Shown: one piece after another, positions 56,324-64,000 of the stretch
Position numbering within the stretch: the first letter of the stretch is position 1
How the letters are laid out: each line of letters opens with the position of its first letter
Source of the DNA: Actinomycetota bacterium
Lineage (GTDB): Bacteria; Actinomycetota; UBA4738; HRBIN12
Assembly (NCBI GenBank): GCA_035762085.1
Contig: DASTPT010000072.1
Coordinates: forward strand, 3,956-67,955
Direction of reading: 5' to 3'
Length of the DNA stretch: 64,000 nucleotides
Program-made: the position numbers and the translations under genes
The notes under the pieces: generated by a model
Told to the model about the DNA's origin: nothing
The model's database searches: none
What the model saw: the letters and a program-made list of their open reading frames with translations, nothing else

Positions 56324-58519
56324 CTAGGCGCCGCCGGGCTGCACGATCCCGTTCACCGTCAGGCTGTACGAGGCCGTCTGGGTCGTGAGCTCGGTCGGCT
56401 CGTGGAACGTCACGATCGCGGCGGCGATCTTCCCGTGTTTGCCGAGCGCCCCCTCGATCTCGGATGCGGACATCGAGCCGTCGTTCTCCCCGTCCAGCGC
56501 GAGCTTGGCGAGGTGGATCCTCTCTGACGCGGCGTTGTAGCCGATGAGCCGGACCGTGAAGTCGGCGTCGATCGGGTTGATCTCGGTCATCGAGGACCAC
56601 CCCGCGAGCGTCGAGCCGTCGGTCAGCACCGTGCTGTCGACGTGCACGTTGTCCACCCAGAACCCGGGCTCGGTCACGCCGCCGTCGGTCACGTAGCGGA
56701 ACGACAGCAGCACGGTCTCACCGGACCATGGCGACAGGTCGCAGGTCTCCGAGACCCAGCCGCCAGACGATCCGTCGAACCCGTCGCCGAGCGGCGCTGG
56801 GACCGAATCGGTGCACGTGACGCTGACGTAGGTCTCGCCGCCGTCGGTCGAGACCTGGACGTAGGCGTAGTCGTATCCCTCCTCGGTGTCCCACTGCGTG
56901 TCGAACGTGAGGACGCCGTCCCCGACGACGACCTCCTGGATGATCGCGCGATCCAGGTTGTCACCCGCGCCCGAGTACAGGCTGGGCGGCGGGCTCCCCT
57001 CGGTGTTGTCGACGGTCCACTCCACCGGCATCGAGGGCAGCTCCGTCGCCCCGTCGAACGCGATGTCGGTCAGGGCGGACACCGGCAGGAACGCGTCGAG
57101 GTCGTCGCGGAACCGGACGTAGTCCGAACCGTTCGGCGGGGCGCCGGGGTTCTCGTACGCTTGGTCCGTCGACCAGTTGACGTTGCCGTGGATCAGGCCG
57201 AGCCGGAACTTCTTCTGTCCGGTCCCGACCAGCGTCGCCCCCCGATCGAGCCACTTGTCGATCGCGACCATCGTGGCCCACCGGTCGAGCACCGTCATCG
57301 CATCCACGCCGCCCTCGAGCTTGTTCAGCAGGAACTGCAGGCCACGCAGCCCCGGCCGCGCGTTGCGGTGCAGCTTCGAGATGAACGGCTCGCCGAACTG
57401 CTGTGCGAGGTACCCGGTGAAGATCCCCACGGCCCCGTAGTCGCAGAGAATCTCTGATTGGTCGTCGATCTGATCACCCCAGACCGTGAGCGAGTTCTCG
57501 GGTCCGCCGGGGAACGGGAACACGTTCGCGGGCGTGGCCTTCACGATATGGCCGAGGAAGCATTGCACGCTCCCCTCGAACCCGATGTCGTTCACGCTGA
57601 GCTTCCAGTCGCCGTAGCCCGTCGCGGGCTCGGCGTACATCGACAGGCCCTCGTTCACCCACGCGACCTCGTCCCAGTCCTCGTACGCCTCGAGCAGATG
57701 CTGGTACTCGTGCGCGAACGTCCCTTCGTACACGTTCGGGCGTGCTGGTGCATGGGTGCACGGGTCGCTGCTCGGGTCGTTGGGCGGGTCATCGCCCGTT
57801 CGATGCAGCCAGTCCCACCCGTCGATGTTCATGACGAGCCGGTTCAGGTAGAAGTCGTAAAGGCCCCAGTAGAAGCCGGCGACGTACGAGAACGTGTTCG
57901 CGTTGTCCGTGTCGTAGAAGTTGTCGTCGCGGAAGTTGTCGACGAGCACGACGATCCGGTCACCCTTGCCCGCGTAGTAGTCCGGCGGCAACGTCAGCTC
58001 TTCCGCGAGCGGCGCGTCCATGCCGTCCCTCGGCGGCGGAACGCTGTAGAGGTTGGACTCGCGCGGGTAGATGTTGTTATCGAGCTCGGAGAGGAGATAC
58101 TCGACCTGCTCGTCGGTCACCTCCGTCCGCACGCCGTCGTCGTTCCGGCAGTCGCCGGCCGGGAACTCGAGGGCCGTGGACGTGTCGTCCGAGTCGCTCG
58201 CCACCCAGATCTCGGCGTGCTTGCCGACCGCGCGGAGCGTGTACTCCTTCACGTACACGACGTCGTTGAAGAAGTCGTACGCGAGCCAGAACTTCGTCTC
58301 GCCGACGGCGGCCGCGGCGACGGTCTTCCCGCTCAGCCGCTTCACCTCCTGTGCGAGGCCGGGCGCGTCCTTCACCAGCTTCGCGTCCTTCGGCATCTGA
58401 GCCTCGCGCGTGTCGTCGATCGGGAGCCGGTCCCTCCCCGGCGCGGCGCTGCCGACGGTCGGAACGAGGATCATCGCCGTCAGGAGCAGCGCCGTCATCG
58501 CGATCGCGATGCGTCGCAT
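56324..58519 (-). CDS. secreted M6 (immune inhibitor A-like) metalloprotease
   Basis: Signal peptide MRRIAIAMTALLLTAMILVPTVGSAAP. Zinc motif FAHEYQHLL. Large C-terminal beta-rich region. Confidence 0.8.
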   Translation of the reverse strand: MRRIAIAMTALLLTAMILVPTVGSAAPGRDRLPIDDTREAQMPKDAKLVKDAPGLAQEVKRLSGKTVAAAAVGETKFWLAYDFFNDVVYVKEYTLRAVGKHAEIWVASDSDDTSTALEFPAGDCRNDDGVRTEVTDEQVEYLLSELDNNIYPRESNLYSVPPPRDGMDAPLAEELTLPPDYYAGKGDRIVVLVDNFRDDNFYDTDNANTFSYVAGFYWGLYDFYLNRLVMNIDGWDWLHRTGDDPPNDPSSDPCTHAPARPNVYEGTFAHEYQHLLEAYEDWDEVAWVNEGLSMYAEPATGYGDWKLSVNDIGFEGSVQCFLGHIVKATPANVFPFPGGPENSLTVWGDQIDDQSEILCDYGAVGIFTGYLAQQFGEPFISKLHRNARPGLRGLQFLLNKLEGGVDAMTVLDRWATMVAIDKWLDRGATLVGTGQKKFRLGLIHGNVNWSTDQAYENPGAPPNGSDYVRFRDDLDAFLPVSALTDIAFDGATELPSMPVEWTVDNTEGSPPPSLYSGAGDNLDRAIIQEVVVGDGVLTFDTQWDTEEGYDYAYVQVSTDGGETYVSVTCTDSVPAPLGDGFDGSSGGWVSETCDLSPWSGETVLLSFRYVTDGGVTEPGFWVDNVHVDSTVLTDGSTLAGWSSMTEINPIDADFTVRLIGYNAASERIHLAKLALDGENDGSMSASEIEGALGKHGKIAAAIVTFHEPTELTTQTASYSLTVNGIVQPGGA

Positions 58520-58611
58520 CCCGTGTCACCCCCCTCTCGTCGCGGGCATTCCGCTGCCGAGTCTAGGCCGGTCGTGGGTGCAGCGGAAGGGAGTGGGCGG
58601 GTCTGAGTAGC

Positions 58612-59313
58612 ATGCGTTGCCTGGGTCCCTTGCACCTGGACGGAGCGGTGAGCCTGGAGGTCGTGTTCCTCGATATCGGCGGCGTGATCTACGACGACCG
58701 GACGTACCGCAGGGCGGTGCTGCGCGGCCTGCGCGACCTCGGCGCGACGGTGACGCAGGACGAGTACGACGTGGCGTACGAGGAGCTGCGCCGTGCGCAG
58801 GACGGCTCGTTCCGAGATGCGCTCGCGGAGCGCTTCCTCGACGGCCGCGTCGGACGCGAGGTCGTCACCCGCGCCGTCGCGCCCCACTGGTCGAACCCGC
58901 CCGACGCGCTGCACGAGGACGTCCACCCCTGCCTGGAGGGCCTCGTCGCCGCGGGATTCCGCCTCGGCGTCATCGCGAACCAACCGAGCGAGGTGCGCCG
59001 GGCCATGGTCCGCGATCACCTCACCGGCTACTTCGAGTTCCTCGGCGTGTCGGACGATCTCGGCCTGGAGAAGCCCGACCCGCGCATCTTCGCCCATGCC
59101 GTGGAGGCCGTCGGCGTGGAGCCGTCGGCGTGCGCGATGGTGGGGGATCGGCTCGACCACGACGTCCGCCCGGCGAAGGCCGCGGGGATGCGCGCGGTCT
59201 GGGTCCTCCGCGGAGAGGCGCCCGAACGTCCCACGCCCGAGCAGCTGGCCGAGCCCGACGCGTGGGTCCGGACGCTCGCCGAGCTCCCGGCCGCGCTCGA
59301 GGCGATCGCGTGA
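58612..59313 (+). CDS. HAD superfamily hydrolase
   Basis: Motif I-like VVFLDIGGVIYDD, and motif IV MVGDRLDHDV. Alternative start at GTG 58648. Confidence 0.8.
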   Translation: MRCLGPLHLDGAVSLEVVFLDIGGVIYDDRTYRRAVLRGLRDLGATVTQDEYDVAYEELRRAQDGSFRDALAERFLDGRVGREVVTRAVAPHWSNPPDALHEDVHPCLEGLVAAGFRLGVIANQPSEVRRAMVRDHLTGYFEFLGVSDDLGLEKPDPRIFAHAVEAVGVEPSACAMVGDRLDHDVRPAKAAGMRAVWVLRGEAPERPTPEQLAEPDAWVRTLAELPAALEAIA

Positions 59314-60602
59314 CCGGGCGCCGTGTCCTCGTGGTCGGCGCCGGGTTCGCCGGCCTGTACGCGGCGATGGAGATCCGACGCTCGGCGCCATCCGCCACGC
59401 GCATCACGGTGGTGAATCTCGAGAACTTCATGCAGTACCAGCCGTTCCTGCCCGAGGTGGCCTCGGGGACGATCGACCCGAGGGCGGTGGTGGTCCCGCT
59501 GCGGCGGGTGCTGCGGGGGTGTGAGGTGATCGTGGGCGAGGTCGAGCGCGTCGACCACGGGGCCCGGACCGCCCGGGTCCGCCTCGCCGAGGGGCGGACC
59601 GTCGACGTCCACTACGACGAGGTCGTGCTCGCGGCCGGGTCGCGCTCGCGCGTCCTCCCCGTCCCCGGCCTGGCCGAGCACGGGGTCGGGTTCAAGACGG
59701 TCCAGGAGGCGATCTACCTGCGGAACCGGGTCCTCTCGCGCCTGGACGTCGCGGCGGAGACCCGGGATCTTGAGCGCCGGCGCTCGGCGCTCACGTTCGT
59801 GTTCGTCGGCGCCGGGTACGCGGGCGTGGAGGCCCTCGGGGAGCTCGAGGACCTGGCTCGGGATGCGATCGCGAGCTACCCGGCGCTCCGGGCCGCCGAG
59901 ATGCGGTGGGTCCTCGTCGAGGCGGCCGGCAAGATCCTGCCCGAGCTCGGCGAGGACCTGGCACGGTACGCGCAGGACCGGCTCGAGGAGCGGGGGATCG
60001 AGGTCCTCCTGGAGACGCGGCTGGAGTCCGCGGAGGGCGGCACGATCCGGCTCTCGGACGGTCAGGTGTTCGCGGCCGACACGCTGGTCTGGACCGCCGG
60101 CGTGAAGCCGATGGCCCTGGCCGCCGCGTCCGGGTTCCCCGTGGACGATGCCGGGCGTGTGCTCGTGGACGAGCGCCTGCGCGTGGTGGGCGTGCAGCAC
60201 GCGTGGGCGGCGGGCGACGGCGCCGCGGTCCCCGATCGCACGACCGGCGGCCTGTGCCCGCCCACCGCCCAGCACGCGATGCGTCAGGGCCGGCGCCTGG
60301 GCCGGAACCTCGTCTCGATGCTCCGCGGCGGGTCGACCGAGCCGTTCGTGTACCGGAGCATCGGGGGGGTCTGCTCGCTCGGCCGGTACAAGGGGGTGGC
60401 GCTCGTCTGGGGCATCCGGTTCAGGGGGTTCCCCGGCTGGTTCCTGCACCGCTCGTACCACCTCCTGGCCATGCCGACCATCGCGCGGCGCGTGAAGATC
60501 GCGATGGACTGGACGGTCGCGCTGTTGTTCCCGCGCGACATCGCGCAGCTCGGCTCGCTCCAGCATCCGCGAGAGCCGTTCGAGCGCGCGGCCGAGGGGT
60601 GA
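59310..60602 (+). CDS. ndh: type II NADH dehydrogenase (NDH-2)
   Basis: Two dinucleotide folds (VLVVGAGFAGLYAA, FVFVGAGYAGVE). GTGA overlap with the HAD gene. Confidence 0.9.
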   Translation: MTGRRVLVVGAGFAGLYAAMEIRRSAPSATRITVVNLENFMQYQPFLPEVASGTIDPRAVVVPLRRVLRGCEVIVGEVERVDHGARTARVRLAEGRTVDVHYDEVVLAAGSRSRVLPVPGLAEHGVGFKTVQEAIYLRNRVLSRLDVAAETRDLERRRSALTFVFVGAGYAGVEALGELEDLARDAIASYPALRAAEMRWVLVEAAGKILPELGEDLARYAQDRLEERGIEVLLETRLESAEGGTIRLSDGQVFAADTLVWTAGVKPMALAAASGFPVDDAGRVLVDERLRVVGVQHAWAAGDGAAVPDRTTGGLCPPTAQHAMRQGRRLGRNLVSMLRGGSTEPFVYRSIGGVCSLGRYKGVALVWGIRFRGFPGWFLHRSYHLLAMPTIARRVKIAMDWTVALLFPRDIAQLGSLQHPREPFERAAEG

Positions 60603-60608
60603 GCGGGC

Positions 60609-61076
60609 CTACGCCTTGCGCCGCTGCCGGCTGAGCTCGGTCGCGGCCTTCAGGGCCTTGTGGCTCCGGGCGATGTCGGGCATCTCGTGGCCGCCCGCGA
60701 GCTCCTCCGCGGCCCACCGCGTGAGGTCGCGGATCGAGATGATGCCCACCACCTTGCCGCGTGTGTCGGTCACCGGCAGGTGGCGGATGTTGCGGTTGAC
60801 CATGTGCTCGGCGGCCTCGGCGATGTCGGTCTTCGGCGAGACCGTCTCGAGGTCCCGGCGGGTCATGCCGTGAGCGACCCGGACGTCGTGCGGGTCGCCG
60901 CCCGCGGCGACCAGATTCACGATGTCGCGCTCGGTCACGATCCCCTGCAGCTTCGAGCCGTCCAGGACCACGACCGAGGAGATCCCGTGCAGGCGCATGA
61001 CCTTCGCGACGTCGGCGAACGTGTCGTCGGGGCTGGCCGTCTTCACGTCGGTGTGCATGATGTCGCCGACCTGCAT
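60609..61076 (-). CDS. CBS-pair domain protein
   Basis: Two CBS motifs (ISSVVVLD...GIVTERDI; RHLPVTD...GIISIRDL). Confidence 0.85.
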   Translation of the reverse strand: MQVGDIMHTDVKTASPDDTFADVAKVMRLHGISSVVVLDGSKLQGIVTERDIVNLVAAGGDPHDVRVAHGMTRRDLETVSPKTDIAEAAEHMVNRNIRHLPVTDTRGKVVGIISIRDLTRWAAEELAGGHEMPDIARSHKALKAATELSRQRRKA

Positions 61077-61145
61077 GATGCGTGACCTCCACCTCGGTGA
61101 CCGGGCCGGAAGCCTAACGCAGCCGGATCGGAAGTCACCAGCCGC

Positions 61146-62495
61146 TCAGTGATCGGAGCGGCCGCTGAAGTGGAAGCCCTCGATCCGAAGCGCGGGGACC
61201 CTGCTGGCGGAGTAGAAGAACTCGCTCGCGAGCTCGGTCTCCCGCCCGATCGCCGTGGTGTTCGCGAGCGCCTCGAGGATCGACTGCGTGAACCGGAGGT
61301 TGCGGACGGGGTGCGCGACCTCGCCGTCGCGGATCAGGAACGTGCCGTCGCGAGTCATGCCGGTGATCGTGGACTCGACCGGATGCACGACGTTCGAGTA
61401 GTGGAACCTCGTGACGAGCAGGCCGCGGCCGGTCGCCGAGATCATCTCGGGCACGCTCGAGTCGCCCGGCTCCATGAACAGGTTGAGCGGGAACGGGCCC
61501 TCGGGGTTCGGCGGTGGGAGCGCGTGCCCGGTGGTGGTCGTGCCGACCTGCTTGGCGGTGCGCATGTCGTAGACCGCGTCGCGGAAGACACCGCGCTCGA
61601 TGAGGTCCACCCGTCTGCGGGGGACACCCTCGAAGTCGAACGGGATGCCCAGGGTCCCGGGCGCCGTGGCGTCGTCGTAGATCGTGATCCCCGGCGCGGC
61701 GACCCGCTCGCCCGACCTGCCCGACAGGCACGAGCGTCCCTCCGCGACCAGCCGCCCGCCGAAGCCGATCCAGGCGAGGAACCCGACGAGCGTCGAGACC
61801 GCCGCCGGCTCGAGCACGACCGTGTACCTGCCGGGGTCGAGCGCCCTCGGGGATCTCGAGGCGGTGGCCTTGTCGGCGGCCCGACGGCCGATCGCGGCCG
61901 GATCCACCTCGGCGGCGCTCGCGGCGAAGCTCTCGGCGAACCCGCTGCCTCCGTCGCCGCCGGTCACCACCGTGGTGATCGAGGCCTGGGAAGCCGGCGC
62001 CCAGCAGAACTGGCCCTCGGTGTTCGCCACGGCCACCTCGGAGGCCCGCGTCTCGTAGGCCCCGGCAGCCGAGAAGCCGGGGGGCGGCTGAGCCACGAGC
62101 TCGGCGACGCTCGCGGCACGCTCCTCGGGCGTCGTCCCGGCGGTCGTCTCGTCGAAGCCGTCGCGCTCCGGCACCGGCCGGGGCGGCGCCAGGCCCGGGA
62201 ACAGCGGATCGGGCGAGACGACCGAGGCGATCTCGCGCGCGCGCTCGGCGACCGCGCGCGCACCCTCGGGCGTGAACTCGTTCGTGGCCGCCACGCCGAT
62301 CCTGCCGCCGCGGACGACACGGACCCGGATCCCCGTGTCCTCGCTCCAGGTGCTCTGATGGATCGCCGAGGAGGCGAACCGGGTCAGCCCGCCCCACTCG
62401 TGGACGAACAGGACCTCGACGCCGTCCGCCCCCGGCAGCTCGAGCGCCGCATCGGCGACGCGACGCACCTCGTCCGGGCCGATGAGGCCGGGCAT
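61146..62495 (-). CDS. pmbA: TldE/PmbA family metalloprotease subunit
   Basis: PmbA_TldD family similarity along the full length. ATG 62495 shares one base with the tldD stop (TGATG). Confidence 0.88.
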   Translation of the reverse strand: MPGLIGPDEVRRVADAALELPGADGVEVLFVHEWGGLTRFASSAIHQSTWSEDTGIRVRVVRGGRIGVAATNEFTPEGARAVAERAREIASVVSPDPLFPGLAPPRPVPERDGFDETTAGTTPEERAASVAELVAQPPPGFSAAGAYETRASEVAVANTEGQFCWAPASQASITTVVTGGDGGSGFAESFAASAAEVDPAAIGRRAADKATASRSPRALDPGRYTVVLEPAAVSTLVGFLAWIGFGGRLVAEGRSCLSGRSGERVAAPGITIYDDATAPGTLGIPFDFEGVPRRRVDLIERGVFRDAVYDMRTAKQVGTTTTGHALPPPNPEGPFPLNLFMEPGDSSVPEMISATGRGLLVTRFHYSNVVHPVESTITGMTRDGTFLIRDGEVAHPVRNLRFTQSILEALANTTAIGRETELASEFFYSASRVPALRIEGFHFSGRSDH

Positions 62496-63937
62496 CAGCC
62501 GTGCACCCCGATCTGCACGTTCCGGAACCGCGCCGGCGGGACGCCGTGACCGACCCGGGCGACCTGACCGGGCTGGCCCTTGCCGCAGTTCGGGGTGCCC
62601 CACAGCGTCCAGTCCTCGCGCCCCCCGACGGCGTCGCACGAGCCCCAGAACTCGGTCGTGATGCCCGTGTAGTTCGGGTTCCGGTACATCTCCGTCAGGC
62701 GGCCGTCCTCGATCCGCCAGGCGACCTCGCAGCCGAACTGGAAGTTCACGCGCTTGTCGTCGATCGACCACGACGTGTTCGTCGACATGAACACGCCGTC
62801 CTTCGTGTCCCCGATGATCTCGGCCAGCGAGCCCTCGCGCGGCTCGAGGTTGATGTTCGTCATCCGGATCAGCGGCAGGTGCTGCCAGCCGTCCGCCCGC
62901 ATCGCGCCCGACGAGGGCAGCCCGAGGACGCTCGCCGTCTCGCGCGAGGACAGGAAGTCCTGGAAGACGCCGTCGACGATCAGCGGCACCCTTTGGGCCG
63001 GCACGCCCTCGTCGTCCCACGCGAACGTGCCGAGCCCACCCGGAACGGTGGCGTCGGCGGTGATCGAGACGAGCGGGCTGCCGTACCGGAGCGTCCCGCG
63101 ATCGTCGGGGCGGACGAACGAGGACCCCGCGTAGGCCTCCTCCATGCCGAGCACGCGGTCCAGCTCCAGCGGGTGGCCGACGGACTCGTGCACCTGGAGC
63201 TCGACCTGTCCCGAGTCGAGCACGAGGGTGGTCACCTCGCTCGGGCAGGGCTTGGCGGACAGGAGCTCGACGGCCTCCGTGGCGGTCCGCTCCGCCTCCT
63301 CGATCAGGCCGAGCCGCGCCACGTGCTCCCATCCGGCCGCGGCGATGTGCCCCCGGAAGGAGTTCGGGTGCGAGCGGCGCTGGAGCTCGCCGTCGCCGAT
63401 CGCGCTGGCCTCGATCCCCCCGCCCGAGTGCACGATCGTCTGGTCGACCGCCGTGCCCTCGCTGGTCACGAGCCACGTCTGCCGCCGGTACAGGTCGGTG
63501 GCCGCCTCCGCGAACGCGAGGCCGCGCACCGCCTGCATCCGTCGGGTGGCCTCCACGAGCAGCCCGACCTTCTCCTCGAGCGCGACCTCGAAGGGGTCCT
63601 GCTGCATCGGCGAGCGCCACGAACCGACGACCGGCTCCGCCTCCCCCATCCGGACCGGCTCCATCGGCAGCCGGGCCGCCGCCTTCGCGACGTGGACCGC
63701 GAGCTCGGCCGTGCGCGCGATCCGCCCCTCGTCCATCCTTGCGGTCGCCGCGAACCCCCAGTACCCGCCGGCGAGCACGCGGATGCCGATGCCCTCGGTG
63801 GTTGCGCGGTCCAGGCCCTCCATCTCCTGGTTGCGCACGGTGATCGACTCGGAGTCCTCGAGCACGACCCGTGCATCGGCGTAGTCGGCGCCGGCCCTCA
63901 TCGCGGCGTCGACCGCCTGCTTCGCACGCTCCTGCAA
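62495..63937 (-). CDS. tldD: TldD family metalloprotease
   Basis: GADYADARV N-terminus and the HESVGHPLELD metal motif. Apparent TTG start at 63937. Confidence 0.9.
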   Translation of the reverse strand: MQERAKQAVDAAMRAGADYADARVVLEDSESITVRNQEMEGLDRATTEGIGIRVLAGGYWGFAATARMDEGRIARTAELAVHVAKAAARLPMEPVRMGEAEPVVGSWRSPMQQDPFEVALEEKVGLLVEATRRMQAVRGLAFAEAATDLYRRQTWLVTSEGTAVDQTIVHSGGGIEASAIGDGELQRRSHPNSFRGHIAAAGWEHVARLGLIEEAERTATEAVELLSAKPCPSEVTTLVLDSGQVELQVHESVGHPLELDRVLGMEEAYAGSSFVRPDDRGTLRYGSPLVSITADATVPGGLGTFAWDDEGVPAQRVPLIVDGVFQDFLSSRETASVLGLPSSGAMRADGWQHLPLIRMTNINLEPREGSLAEIIGDTKDGVFMSTNTSWSIDDKRVNFQFGCEVAWRIEDGRLTEMYRNPNYTGITTEFWGSCDAVGGREDWTLWGTPNCGKGQPGQVARVGHGVPPARFRNVQIGVHG

Positions 63938-64000
63938 CGAACCGCGCCCCTTGGTGCAGCGAGTGTCGCTCCAGCCCGCCGGCCGGAACCGGGCGAAAGG

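Noticed and set aside
61146-63620. 824-aa ORF suggesting a fused PmbA-TldD protein
   Set aside because: The N-terminal two-fifths is an out-of-frame read of tldD. pmbA starts at ATG 62495 and tldD occupies a different frame (62495-63937).

Overview
This is a 64-kb, very GC-rich chromosomal segment (well above 65% GC by eye, not computed). Gene content and gene style look actinobacterial, with frequent GTG/TTG starts and many 1-4 nt start/stop overlaps. I call about 70 protein-coding genes and one clear TPP riboswitch. I found no rRNA, tRNA, CRISPR array, transposase or integrase. Most long ORFs in the six-frame track are GC-driven shadow ORFs, either antisense or out of frame, and I rejected them.

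Gene content, left to right:
- NUDIX and CoA-binding pair.
- Reverse transsulfuration operon (cbs, DUF429, cystathionine gamma-lyase/synthase).
- REC-GGDEF regulator.
- Scattered histidine-utilisation genes (hutU, hutH, hutI) interleaved with DUF983 and an L,D-transpeptidase.
- TPP-riboswitch-controlled NCS1/CytX-like permease.
- pepA and a PIG-L deacetylase.
- Tightly overlapped four-gene operon of unknown function (polytopic protein, CPBP protease, double PNPOx, SRPBCC).
- PAP2 and lgt.
- Mrp/ApbC divergent from a COG2345/SufR-like regulator, followed by an orphan pilT.
- Two ECF sigma/anti-sigma modules flanking an NfeD-SPFH pair, one of them followed by a membrane-anchored cupredoxin.
- A 12.6-kb co-directional glycerol/dihydroxyacetone supercluster on the minus strand: glpF-dhaK-dhaL-glpK-small repeat protein-glpA-like-sdhB/C/D-like-dhaM-pgsA-epimerase-glpX.
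- A divergent dhaL paralogue plus an IclR/GylR-like regulator.
- lhgO, a PHP phosphoesterase, an M6 metalloprotease, HAD-ndh, a CBS-pair protein and pmbA/tldD.

The most unusual item is a glycerol-3-phosphate dehydrogenase flavoprotein translationally coupled to a complete succinate-dehydrogenase-type Fe-S subunit and a two-subunit membrane anchor, with no glpB/glpC. Secondary items are a 67-aa His/acidic protein with four G-x-FAEGQ repeats insulated by hairpins inside the glycerol cluster, and an orphan DhaL paralogue next to the IclR regulator.

All product calls rest on motif recognition by eye. No database search was run.
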